A stretch of 64,000 bases of DNA from Alphaproteobacteria bacterium (GTDB lineage: Bacteria; Pseudomonadota; Alphaproteobacteria; UBA828): positions 1,184,001 through 1,248,000 of the forward strand of contig CBDEFM010000002.1 of NCBI GenBank assembly GCA_965237415.1, in the 5' to 3' direction. Shown one piece after another: positions 9,193 to 18,085 of this stretch (position 1 is the first letter of the stretch; every line of letters begins with the position of its first letter). Under the pieces are notes generated by a model that saw only the letters and a list, made by a program, of their open reading frames with translations, was not told where the DNA came from and made no database searches. The position numbers and the translations under genes are program-made.

Positions 9193-10724
9193 GACGACTC
9201 GCCCTCGCCGAGCGCCGCGCGCATGACGGCGGCCTCCGACAGCGCCTCGCCGCTCAGCGTCGCTGCCTCGCGGCCCCGGTAAACGACCTTGACCTCATCG
9301 CAGAGGTTGACCAGCTCCGGCACGTCCGTCGAATAAAACAGCACCGCGCCGCCCGCGCTCGCGTACGCGCGAATCATCACGTAGATCTCTGCCTTGGTGC
9401 CGACATCGACGCCACGCGTCGGGTCGTACATGAGCAGGATGCGGTTCTCGGTCAGAAGCCACTTGGCGATTACGATCTTCTGCTGATTGCCGCCGCTGAA
9501 GACCCGGCACGCGGTATGGAGCGCGCGACGGTCGACCTGCACCAGATCGAGAACCCGGGAAACGGCAGCGGATTCCGCAGCCGTATCGATCATGCCGAAA
9601 CGCCTGAAGCGGTCGATGACCGGCAGCGAAACGTTCTCCCGCCCGGTCATCTCCAGCGCCAGCGCCTCCGTCTTTCGCTCCTCGGGCACGAGGCTGATGC
9701 CGATATCGGCGCGCAGCGCATCGCGTGGCGACTTGAGCGCGACCGGCTTGCCGTAGACCGAGATCGTGCCGGCCGTGGGGGTGATCATGCCGAACAGCGT
9801 GAGAAAGAGCTCGCGTTGGCCCATTCCCTCGAGCCCGGCGATGCCGAGCACGTCGCCGGGCCGGAGCTCCAGCGAGATGTCCTTGAGCCGGCCGGCCGCC
9901 GCGAGTCCCTCTGCCGAAAGGACAGGAATTGTCGCCTCGTCTTCGGTACGTGCGGGCTTCTCGGGGAAGGTCGCGGCCAGCGAGCGGCCGATCACGAGCG
10001 CGATGACCTCCTCTTCCGAAATATCGGCGACCGCGAAGCTGCCGACGTTCGCGCCGTTTCGCAGCACGGTCAGGTTGTCGCAGAGGCGCCGAACCTCCTG
10101 CATCCGGTGGGAGATGAAGACCGTGGTGACGCCCCCTTGCCTCAACCCCTCGATCAACCCCTGCAGCCATTCCACATCCTTGGCGGAAAGCGCCGAGGTC
10201 GGCTCGTCCAGCAGCAGGATCCTGGGCTCGCGCGAGACCGCACGGGCAATCTCGATCCGCTGTTGTGTGGAAAGGTCGAGTGTCGAGGTCTCCACGCGGG
10301 GGTCGATATCGTCGAGGCCCATGTCCCGAAACATCTCGCGCACGAGCTCTTCCGAGCGCCGCCGGCGCACCTGCCAGAGCAGCCGCGAGGGCTCGTAGGG
10401 CAGCAACATGTTCTGCGTGACCGTGAGGTCCTTGATCAGCGAGATTTCCTGATAGGCGGTCTGGATGCCGACGCGGTGCGCGGCCCGGGGACCACCCAGC
10501 CTCGTACTCTCGCCGAAGAGGGAGATCTCGCCGGCGTCCGGCCGGATCAGGCCGCTGAGAATCTTGACCAGCGTGGACTTGCCGGCGCCGTTCTCGCCCA
10601 ACAGTGCGTGCACGTCGCCGGGCCGGACGGCCAGCGACACATCATCCAGGGCAACCGTGGCGCCGAAATGCTTTCTTAGTCCGACGACCTCGAATGCAGG
10701 CGCCCCGCTCCCGCTCTCTTCCAC
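9189..10724 (-). CDS. Sugar ABC transporter ATP-binding protein
   Basis: GENGAGKST, LLLDEPT, FSGGNQQK; paralogue of 1147-2670. Confidence 0.95.
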   Translation of the reverse strand: MEESGSGAPAFEVVGLRKHFGATVALDDVSLAVRPGDVHALLGENGAGKSTLVKILSGLIRPDAGEISLFGESTRLGGPRAAHRVGIQTAYQEISLIKDLTVTQNMLLPYEPSRLLWQVRRRRSEELVREMFRDMGLDDIDPRVETSTLDLSTQQRIEIARAVSREPRILLLDEPTSALSAKDVEWLQGLIEGLRQGGVTTVFISHRMQEVRRLCDNLTVLRNGANVGSFAVADISEEEVIALVIGRSLAATFPEKPARTEDEATIPVLSAEGLAAAGRLKDISLELRPGDVLGIAGLEGMGQRELFLTLFGMITPTAGTISVYGKPVALKSPRDALRADIGISLVPEERKTEALALEMTGRENVSLPVIDRFRRFGMIDTAAESAAVSRVLDLVQVDRRALHTACRVFSGGNQQKIVIAKWLLTENRILLMYDPTRGVDVGTKAEIYVMIRAYASAGGAVLFYSTDVPELVNLCDEVKVVYRGREAATLSGEALSEAAVMRAALGEGESS

Positions 10725-10809
10725 GGCAGCGCGTCAGGCCCGGCGGAGGCCTCCGTACGGAACCCGCTTGCGCGGGCCCCGAACGGAAGATGCCTCGCAG
10801 GCAGCCCGT

Positions 10810-11934
10810 CTACTGACCTTCCGGTACCGTGCCCTCGAGCGCTGAGAACAGGTCGAGCTCGCTGACCCAGGGATGCCAGACATCGACGAAATAGTTCGGC
10901 GGCACCCCGAGATCGGGATGGTAGGTGTTGCAGTTGCGCTCCAGCAACTCCTCGCGCGTCCCCTCGGTGCAGACCACGACCTGGCCCGGCTCGACCAGCG
11001 GCATCGGCACCTGGGTGAAGCGCGGCGGCTCCGCACCGCCGTCGGCATAGGCCACGGCGATCTTGAGAGCGTAGGCGCCCAGCCAGGTGGGCGAGCCCAT
11101 GGAGCTGCTCTTCATGCCCAACGCGCCCGGCACCGAGCCGGGCTCGGCGATGGCAATGCGGTGGCCGTTGGTGCCGTTACCGGCGCAGGGCACGAGCTGG
11201 TCCGCCCGGCCGGCCTCGACCTGGATCTGCGACAACATGTAGCAGCCCACCTGGGTCCACAGCCCATCGATGTTGTCCCAGCCGTGGGTGGCGACGATCT
11301 TGGTCAGCTCCTGCCTGGCGTGGGCGTTGTTCCAGTTGCTGTACGCATGAACCAGGATGCTGATATCGGGGTATTGGGAGAAGACCTCCATGGCGCCGTC
11401 GGTGCGGGCGTGATCGATGTAGTGCCCGGGGTAACCGCCCATGACGATGATGCTGCCCTTGCCGCCGAGTTCCTCGGCCAGATATTCCGCGGGTCCCGCG
11501 CCGGCCCAGGTCTGATCGAGGCCGATATGGTAGGCGCAGGGCTCGGTCACCGACGCGTCGAAGGTCATCACGATGATGCCCCTCTCGCACGCCTGACGGA
11601 TCGAGCGATTGAGCGCGGTGCGCGAGTTCGGCCACAGGATGATGATGTCGGCATCGCCCTGCATCATGGCGTTGACCTGCTGGATCTGAGTCTGGATGTC
11701 GCCCCGGGCCGATTGCATGTTGAGCTCCGCCCGGTCCTTGTAGGCCTTGGTCTTGGCCATGGCGCTGATCAGGTTCTGCGCCGCATCCATCCAGGTGTTG
11801 CCCTCGAATCCCACGCTGACGAAGACCTTGTACTTGTCCTCCTGGGCCGCCGCCGGCGACGGGCCGAAGATGCCGCCCACCGCCAGTGCCAGGGCAGCGA
11901 TCGCCAACACTGCGAGTTTCGCCCGTTTGATCAT
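10810..11934 (-). CDS. Sugar-type ABC transporter substrate-binding protein
   Basis: Sec signal peptide ending ...PAAAQ; paralogue of 1-1006; AAGGGAGG RBS. Confidence 0.9.
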   Translation of the reverse strand: MIKRAKLAVLAIAALALAVGGIFGPSPAAAQEDKYKVFVSVGFEGNTWMDAAQNLISAMAKTKAYKDRAELNMQSARGDIQTQIQQVNAMMQGDADIIILWPNSRTALNRSIRQACERGIIVMTFDASVTEPCAYHIGLDQTWAGAGPAEYLAEELGGKGSIIVMGGYPGHYIDHARTDGAMEVFSQYPDISILVHAYSNWNNAHARQELTKIVATHGWDNIDGLWTQVGCYMLSQIQVEAGRADQLVPCAGNGTNGHRIAIAEPGSVPGALGMKSSSMGSPTWLGAYALKIAVAYADGGAEPPRFTQVPMPLVEPGQVVVCTEGTREELLERNCNTYHPDLGVPPNYFVDVWHPWVSELDLFSALEGTVPEGQ

Positions 11935-11945
11935 GTTTTCCTCCC

Positions 11946-12014
11946 TTGGTTATGAGCCTTTGAGCAGCTCTCTTGTCGTTTGGTTATGAGCCTTCAAGAG
12001 GCTCTGTTGTTGTT
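11946..12014. repeat. Imperfect ~34-bp tandem duplication upstream of the binding-protein gene
   Basis: TTGGTTATGAGCCTT...GCTCT.TTGT.GT at 11946 and 11980. Confidence 0.7.
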
Positions 12015-12036
12015 GCCTGGGGTCCCGCCCTACGTC

Positions 12037-13059
12037 TCAAGGCTGATCGGACGCCCGCTCTCCCGAGGCGCCGATGGCGGTCATCATCAGGAACTTGTCC
12101 AGCAGGTTCTTGCCCGTGGTGACCGGCGGGTACTTGGCCGGATTGTCCGCGCTCTGGCAGGCCGGGAAACATTCGATGATGGTGTCGTAGTTCGTATAGA
12201 AGAAGAAGATCATCGACTGCCGGCGGCTGTCGCTCGCCTTATCCCGCGGCGGGTTGACAACCCGGTGCAAGGTGGAGACCCAGCGGTCGTTGGTCCACAT
12301 CTGCATCTGGTCGCCGAGATTGATGCTGAAGGCATTGGGCACCACCGGCACGTCCACCCATTCGCCGTCGCGGTTCATGGCCTGGAGGCCGCCGGGCCTG
12401 TCCTCGATCCAGCAGATCGTGCAGGCGCCGAAATCGGAGTGCGCGCTGGCGCGGAACTGGTTATCCAGAGGCGGGGCGGGCTGATCCGGGTAGTTGAGGA
12501 CGCGAAACTGGCTGACGTGCCTGTCGACCCGCGTATCGAAATAGTTTTCGTCGAGGTCGAGGGCGCAGGCGAAGATTCGCATGAGCGTGAAGGCGAGGCG
12601 CTCCATCGCATCCCAGTATGCGAGCCAGATTTCCTCGAGCTCGGCAGGACGCGCGGGCCAGCGGTTCTCGACAAAGTGCTGGCCGGCTTCGCCGCAGTGA
12701 AAGTAGGGCTCGTCCGGCACATCGGGCGGGCCGACGGTCAGCGATTCCTTGAGGTCTCCGGGGCCGCGCGCGCCGCGGCTCTCGGCCAGGCACTCCTTGA
12801 GGGCAGGGCTGTAACCCCTGATGACGTCGTCCGCCCAGCGCTCGATCGTCATCTTCTCCGCCAGCGGCAGATCGAAGAAGTGCCGGCTGACGTCGTAGGT
12901 TGCCCCGGTCAGCGCCGGGTCGACCCCGTGGCCGGTGATGACGAAGAATCCGATATCCTCACACGCCTGCTTGACCTCGGCCGCCACGCGCGCCTTGCCG
13001 TCGCGGTCGCCGCCGAGAAACGGCGCAATGTCGATAACGGGAACCTGACGAAGGGTCAT
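12037..13059 (-). CDS. 2OG-Fe(II) dioxygenase, isopenicillin N synthase family (paralogue of 4855-5913)
   Basis: VPVIDI, AHSDFG, STLHRVVNPP, RQS motifs. Confidence 0.92.
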   Translation of the reverse strand: MTLRQVPVIDIAPFLGGDRDGKARVAAEVKQACEDIGFFVITGHGVDPALTGATYDVSRHFFDLPLAEKMTIERWADDVIRGYSPALKECLAESRGARGPGDLKESLTVGPPDVPDEPYFHCGEAGQHFVENRWPARPAELEEIWLAYWDAMERLAFTLMRIFACALDLDENYFDTRVDRHVSQFRVLNYPDQPAPPLDNQFRASAHSDFGACTICWIEDRPGGLQAMNRDGEWVDVPVVPNAFSINLGDQMQMWTNDRWVSTLHRVVNPPRDKASDSRRQSMIFFFYTNYDTIIECFPACQSADNPAKYPPVTTGKNLLDKFLMMTAIGASGERASDQP

Positions 13060-13207
13060 TTTCCTGCCCTCGTGTCCCGGTAGGCCGGGAACCTTGCCCG
13101 CTCGCGCATTAACTCGTCAAGGCGCAAGCGCGCCGTCGGCGTTGACTGCGCTCCTGCCCGCCGTGCGAGCGGTGGGCCGGCCTGCGGTTGCCGGAGGCCG
13201 GTGGCGC

Positions 13208-14068
13208 TCAGTCGGTGTCGTTCTCGATTTGGGGCAGCGAGCGGACGTAGGCGAGAATCGCGCTGAGATCCTGGCGATCCATCGTGGCGTAGCGTTCGTA
13301 GGGCATCGGCGGGCCGAGCTCGTCACCGTCGGGCCTCAGCCCCTTGGTGATAGCCGTGCGCATCTTGCGGCTGTTCCAGCGGCCGAGGCCGGTATCCCAG
13401 TCCGGCGTGATGTTGCGCGCCACTGTCTCACCCCAGGGGCCCTCCATCTCGTGGCCGCCGGCGCCCAGCATGTTCTCGTGGTCCCGCCAGCCGTCGACGA
13501 ACGGGGTGTGGCAGTCGATGCAGTTGGCGATCGGGCCTGCCAGATATTCGCCATAGGCGCCGAGATCGTAGTAGGCGACCTCCGGCACCTCGCCGAGCGG
13601 CGGGCCGTAATCGGCGGGCAAGGGAATATCGTACTCGGACGCCGGCACCTCGTTCCTGATCGGCGGGATCGAACGCAGATAGGCGACGATGGCCTGCGCG
13701 TCGCGGTCCGAAATCCCGCGGTAGAGGGCAATCGGCATGGCGGGGCCGATGATTGAGCCGTCCGGCCGCTTGCCTTCCCTGATCGCGGCGATGATCTCCT
13801 CATCGCTCCAGCCGCCGATTCCGGTTTCGACATCGGGCGTGATGTTCGACGCGTAAGCCGTGTACTCGTCCTCCTCGAACACCAGGCCGCCGGCGAAATG
13901 CTTGTCGGCGATCTGGCCGTCCTCGTCCCATGGCGTGTGACAGACCGGGCAGGCGGCGACGCTCTTCATCAGATACGTGCCCCGCTCGAGAGGGGTCTCG
14001 GCGGCGCTCGTCCCGGCGAGCATCAACGCTGCCAGGATGATCGTCGCGGTCGCAGCAATCGTTCTCAT
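13208..14068 (-). CDS. Periplasmic diheme cytochrome c
   Basis: Signal peptide; two CxxCH motifs (CPVCH, CIDCH), each followed by NITPD.ETG.G.W-like and P.MP segments. Confidence 0.9.
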   Translation of the reverse strand: MRTIAATATIILAALMLAGTSAAETPLERGTYLMKSVAACPVCHTPWDEDGQIADKHFAGGLVFEEDEYTAYASNITPDVETGIGGWSDEEIIAAIREGKRPDGSIIGPAMPIALYRGISDRDAQAIVAYLRSIPPIRNEVPASEYDIPLPADYGPPLGEVPEVAYYDLGAYGEYLAGPIANCIDCHTPFVDGWRDHENMLGAGGHEMEGPWGETVARNITPDWDTGLGRWNSRKMRTAITKGLRPDGDELGPPMPYERYATMDRQDLSAILAYVRSLPQIENDTD

Positions 14069-14347
14069 GGCGGCCTCCCACCGGTGGAGCTGCCTCCCCG
14101 CTTCTCACGGGGAAGCGAGGCATCCGAATGCCGCAACGGTAGCACGAGAGCCCCGCTCGCGGCGCCTTCACTTCTGTGCCGGCATGCACGATTTGCAAAT
14201 GAGGACCGGCGCCGGCGCCGTGCTCTTTCCGCCTTCTCTTGCGCCAGTGCGGGCGCTATGCTCCCGCCATTCGGAACGATACGGCCCGATCGTGCGGAAA
14301 ACAAAAATAGAAAAGTCGGCGCAGCGAGGCCACGCAGGAGGCGAGCA

Positions 14348-15439
14348 ATGACCAAGCCAGTGCTGAACTTGACCGGCGATCCCAGGGATCGGGGCCGCGC
14401 CCACGGCGAGATCATGTCGAAGGAGATCGGCCAGAACCTCGAGCGTTATCTCAAGCGTTTCCAGATCCTCGGCTTCGAGAAGGATGCACTGATGGCCGAA
14501 TCCGCAAATTGGGCCGAGGCGCTCCGTCCGAAAGACCCAATTTTCTGGGAGGAGATCGACGGCGTGGTCGATGGCTCGGGGCGCAGCCTGGAGGAGATCA
14601 CTCTCCTCAACGTGCGCTACGAGATGCTCGTCAACATGATGAAGAGCAATGCACAGGCGCAGTTTCAGCCCACCGCCATGGACGCCTGCACGTCATTCGC
14701 GGTGCTGCCCGAGCGCTCGAAGAATGGCGAAACCATGATCGGCCAGAACTGGGACTGGGTGAGGGACATCAACACCGTGGTCTCGCGGGTGAAGAGGGAC
14801 GACGGGCCGGACTTCATCCACATCGGCGAGGTCGGCACAATCGGCGGCCTGCAAGGCGTCAACGAGAATGGCATCGGCGTGGTCATCAACGCGCTGCTGA
14901 CGCCGGAGGACGGCAAGTACGAATACGAGAAGCCCTACCGGATGCGGGTGCGCGACATCCTCAACGCGCGCAACATGCAGGAGGCGATTCTCGGTGTCTG
15001 CGGCACCAACCGCTCGGTCAGCATGAACTTCCTCATCGCCCATGAGGACGGCATCGCCATCGACATCGAGACCAGCCCGGACAAGGAGGCGTTCATTTAT
15101 CCCGCGGACGGGTTGCTCACGCACTCCAACCATTTCTGCGAGCTCGACGTGGAGTCCGAGGTGGTGAAGCTCTGGCCGAACACCATGTACCGCCACGTAC
15201 GCCTGGAACGGTTGCTCAGGCAATCGCAGGAGCTCGACTCCGACACCATCAAGACGGCAATGGCGGACCACTTCGCCTATCCGCATTCGATCTGTGCGCA
15301 CTATGACGAGGACGAGGCGGAGACGCTGCGGCTGCAGAGCAATCATTCCATCATGATCTCGCTGAAGCAGCGGACGCTTCACATCACCGATAAGCATCCC
15401 TGCGAGTCCGGCTACGAGGAGTATCCCCTCGCCGCGTAA
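14348..15439 (+). CDS. C45 family autoproteolytic acyltransferase/peptidase (Ntn hydrolase, AAT-like)
   Basis: RGRAHG, LNVRYE, ACTSF (catalytic Cys), GQNWDW, G.NENG, THSNHF; AGGAGG RBS before ATG 14348. Confidence 0.9.
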   Translation: MTKPVLNLTGDPRDRGRAHGEIMSKEIGQNLERYLKRFQILGFEKDALMAESANWAEALRPKDPIFWEEIDGVVDGSGRSLEEITLLNVRYEMLVNMMKSNAQAQFQPTAMDACTSFAVLPERSKNGETMIGQNWDWVRDINTVVSRVKRDDGPDFIHIGEVGTIGGLQGVNENGIGVVINALLTPEDGKYEYEKPYRMRVRDILNARNMQEAILGVCGTNRSVSMNFLIAHEDGIAIDIETSPDKEAFIYPADGLLTHSNHFCELDVESEVVKLWPNTMYRHVRLERLLRQSQELDSDTIKTAMADHFAYPHSICAHYDEDEAETLRLQSNHSIMISLKQRTLHITDKHPCESGYEEYPLAA

Positions 15440-15530
15440 GCGCGTCGGCCTTGTGGCCCTGATGCCGGCCCGGCACCGGGAGTTTCTGCCGGTGCCGGCT
15501 TCGCCCGCAGGTGTCTGAGGGGAGGGAGCC

Positions 15531-15875
15531 GTGTGCGCGTTCTGCGCGATGATGGCCGACGGCAGCGTTCACTGGACCGAGGCCGGAACCGACGCCGGCC
15601 AGTCAGGCGCGCCGGAGAGCGGGCGCGAGCGCTACCTCGGCCGGCTGCGCCGTGTCTCGCTGGTCAACCGGATCCTCGACCACTATGGCTGCCAGGCGTC
15701 GGACTGGGCCAACAACCAGTACGTCGTCCGCAGCCTCGCCGGCCGCACAACCATGGTGGCGCACCTGCCCCAGGTGTGGGCGGCAGCGGAGGAAATCGCC
15801 GGGCGCCCGCTCGACCCCCTGGACCCGGCCCTGCTCGATGCGCTGCGCCGCGCCGACGTGGCGCTTAGCGAATAG
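15531..15875 (+). CDS. Small hypothetical protein with N-terminal CxxC
   Basis: MCAFC...HWTE...DW...DPLDP pattern; GAGGGAG RBS before GTG. Confidence 0.65.
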   Translation: MCAFCAMMADGSVHWTEAGTDAGQSGAPESGRERYLGRLRRVSLVNRILDHYGCQASDWANNQYVVRSLAGRTTMVAHLPQVWAAAEEIAGRPLDPLDPALLDALRRADVALSE

Positions 15876-15900
15876 CCCGGAATTCTCGCCAAGGTCACGG
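15872..15900. repeat. Solo MITE terminal inverted repeat starting at a TAG stop codon
   Basis: ATAGCCCGGAATTCTCGCCAAGGTCACGG matches the left TIR at 17661. Confidence 0.7.
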
Positions 15901-15917
15901 CCTTCGCGGCGGCGTCT

Positions 15918-16754
15918 TCACGCTCTTTCCTTGCGCGCGAAGAGCATCCAGAAGGCACCGCAGATCAGGATCAGGCTGGCCACCAGGGCAAGCGTGTTGA
16001 GCGCATAGATCAACGGCACGTTCGACGAGTGGGAGGACGCCTGCGCCCAGGCGTAGAGCGGAAGCGTGGTCTTGCGGCCACCGACATAAATGCTGCGCGA
16101 GAGCTCGTTGAACGACAGCAGGAACCCGAAGAGCCCGGCGGCGACGATACCCGGTCGCAAAGCCGGATATTCGATATGCCAGAAACGCTCCCAGGCGCCG
16201 GCGCCCAGGTCTGCCGCGGCATCGAGCAAGCGCGTATCGAAGCGTGACGCCATCACCACCACGGCGAGCAGGGAGAAGGGAAAGGCCCACACGAAATGGC
16301 CGATCCCGAGCGACCAGTACCCGAGCTTGAATCCCATGAACGAACGGAAATACATGAAGAGCGCGGTCCCCATGATCACGCCCGGCACGAAGAGCGGCAG
16401 AATGACGGCGAAGAGCACCGGTCCGCGACCTCTCATGTGGGGCAGCGCCCGGCCGACCAGGGTCGCGCTCACCATCGACGCCAGTCCGACCACCGCGGCG
16501 ATGACCAGGCTCAACCACAAGGGATCGACCCACTTCCTGCTGCGGAAGAGCCGCTCGTACCACTCTCCGGTAAAGTCGCCAGGAATGCCGCCCAAGGGCT
16601 CCGACGTGGCGGACATCAGCGCCAGCCAGACGATCGGCGCATAGATCAAACCGATGATCACATAGCCGGGGCAGGCGGCGAGCCAGCTTCGCCAACCTTC
16701 GTCGAGGTTGCGCTGGCGCTTGACGCGCGGGCCGGGCCGGGACGCTCCGCTCAT
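15918..16754 (-). CDS. ABC permease, PotC-like (polyamine-type)
   Basis: EAA-like motif LLDAAADLGAG, FLLSFNE, TTLPLY. Confidence 0.88.
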   Translation of the reverse strand: MSGASRPGPRVKRQRNLDEGWRSWLAACPGYVIIGLIYAPIVWLALMSATSEPLGGIPGDFTGEWYERLFRSRKWVDPLWLSLVIAAVVGLASMVSATLVGRALPHMRGRGPVLFAVILPLFVPGVIMGTALFMYFRSFMGFKLGYWSLGIGHFVWAFPFSLLAVVVMASRFDTRLLDAAADLGAGAWERFWHIEYPALRPGIVAAGLFGFLLSFNELSRSIYVGGRKTTLPLYAWAQASSHSSNVPLIYALNTLALVASLILICGAFWMLFARKERA

Positions 16755-17671
16755 CGCTTGAGCCCCTCGAAGACCTCTCCGAACCCGCCGAGCCTGAGCA
16801 TCAGAAGACGAAGCACGAAGAGCAGCGCGACCATGGCGACGAGGATGACCGTCGCCATTGCGGCGGCCACCGCATAGTTGAGCGCCGTCAAGAGACTGTG
16901 CACGGAGTTGCCCAGCAGGTGGGCGTGCCCGCCGCCGAGCAGCGAAGGAATAACGTCGGCGCCCAGCATGGGGACGAAGGTGAAAACGATCCCGGCGATG
17001 ATGCCCGGCATCACCAGGGGAAGAATGACGTGCAACAAGGTGTGAACCGTACCGCCGCCGAGATCCCGGCTCGCCTGCAGCAGCTCGTCGTCGATCATCA
17101 CGGCGGCCAGGAATATCGGGAACACCATGGTGGGGAAGTAGGGCCCGATGAGTCCCAGATGCACCGCGAACTCGGAAAAGAGCAGCCAGTCGAGCGGTTC
17201 GTCGATCAGTCCGAGGCCCATGAGCGCGCTATTGACGAAACCCTGGGTGCCGAGCACCGCCCGCCAGACGATGGTGCGCGCCGCCACGCTCAGGAAGAAC
17301 GGAACCGTCAGAAGCGCCAGCGTCATCGCGCGGATCGGGGCGGATTGGGTCCCTTTGGCCAACCAGAGAGCGAAGGGGAGCGCAACCAGCAGCTCGATCG
17401 CCGTCACCGTCGCGGCAATGCGGAACGTCCGGAGCGTTACCGACCAGCGGCCCGACTCGAAAAGATTGAGATAGGCGTCAACGTTCGGGTCGAAGTAGAC
17501 GCGAAAACCCTTAATCGAGAGAAACGACCAGACCACGAGGCCAATCAAGGGCACCAGCATCACCAACGCCCAAACCACCATGAAGGCCCAGACCGGGCCG
17601 TGGCGTTCGCCCACCAGCCCGCGGAGAAAATGCAAGGCGGGCGGCGGACTGCCGAAGCTCCTAGCCCGCAA
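16751..17671 (-). CDS. ABC permease, PotB-like; original start (ATG 18017) separated by a MITE insertion
   Basis: LLQASRDLGG motif, G.VNSAL..LGL; removing the MITE restores the reading ATG TCT AGG AGC TTC GGC (MSRSFG). Confidence 0.8.
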   Translation of the reverse strand: MRARSFGSPPPALHFLRGLVGERHGPVWAFMVVWALVMLVPLIGLVVWSFLSIKGFRVYFDPNVDAYLNLFESGRWSVTLRTFRIAATVTAIELLVALPFALWLAKGTQSAPIRAMTLALLTVPFFLSVAARTIVWRAVLGTQGFVNSALMGLGLIDEPLDWLLFSEFAVHLGLIGPYFPTMVFPIFLAAVMIDDELLQASRDLGGGTVHTLLHVILPLVMPGIIAGIVFTFVPMLGADVIPSLLGGGHAHLLGNSVHSLLTALNYAVAAAMATVILVAMVALLFVLRLLMLRLGGFGEVFEGLKR

Positions 17672-18013
17672 TTCTCACGACGGTCATGGTCTGCGCGGCG
17701 CTCTCCGGCCGACAGGGTAGGAACGGCGCGCAGCGCATCGTGCGCTCCCGCGCGCGTCCCGCGCGACGCAGGACATCGGGCAAGCGCCGTGACGCACACT
17801 GTCGGCCGGAGAGCGCCGCCCTTCGGGTCGCGCCCAGGCGCCCGCCCGCATCGTGCGCTCCGCGCGCGTCCCGCGCGACGTCGCGGGCCTCAACCGTAGA
17901 CACCGATACGCTTTTCGGCCCGCTCCTGGCGGATCGAACGTCTGGGTGCATCGTGCGCTCCGCGCGCGTCCCGCGCGACGCAGGCCGTGACCCTGGAGAG
18001 AAATGCGGGCTAG
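17661..18013. mobile_element. Non-autonomous MITE (~349 bp) with ~28-bp imperfect TIRs, flanked by CTAG on both sides
   Basis: Left CTAGCCCGCAATTCTCACGACGGTCATGG, right CCGTGACCCTGGAGAGAAATGCGGGCTAG; three internal ~33-bp direct repeats (17735, 17848, 17948) and a 21-bp inverted repeat (17695-17715/17799-17819). Confidence 0.8.
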
Positions 18014-18085
18014 ACATGACCTACGGCTTCAGCAGCCCGCCATCCTTCGTCATTGCGCAGAGATATCGCCGCAAGCAGCCTGACG

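Noticed and set aside
14170-14270. Sigma54- or sigma70-like promoter between the cytochrome c and C45 genes
   Set aside because: GG/GC spacing does not fit sigma54 and the -35 match is weak; not supportable
4855-15439. IPNS-like oxygenases plus a C45 acyltransferase as a penicillin biosynthesis cluster
   Set aside because: No ACV synthetase or other NRPS; both families are broad, and the context of importers and hydrolases points to catabolism
17735-17980. Three ~33-bp repeats with unique intervening sequence as a CRISPR array
   Set aside because: Spacers of about 79 and 67 nt are too long and unequal, there are no cas genes, and the repeats lie inside a TIR-bounded MITE
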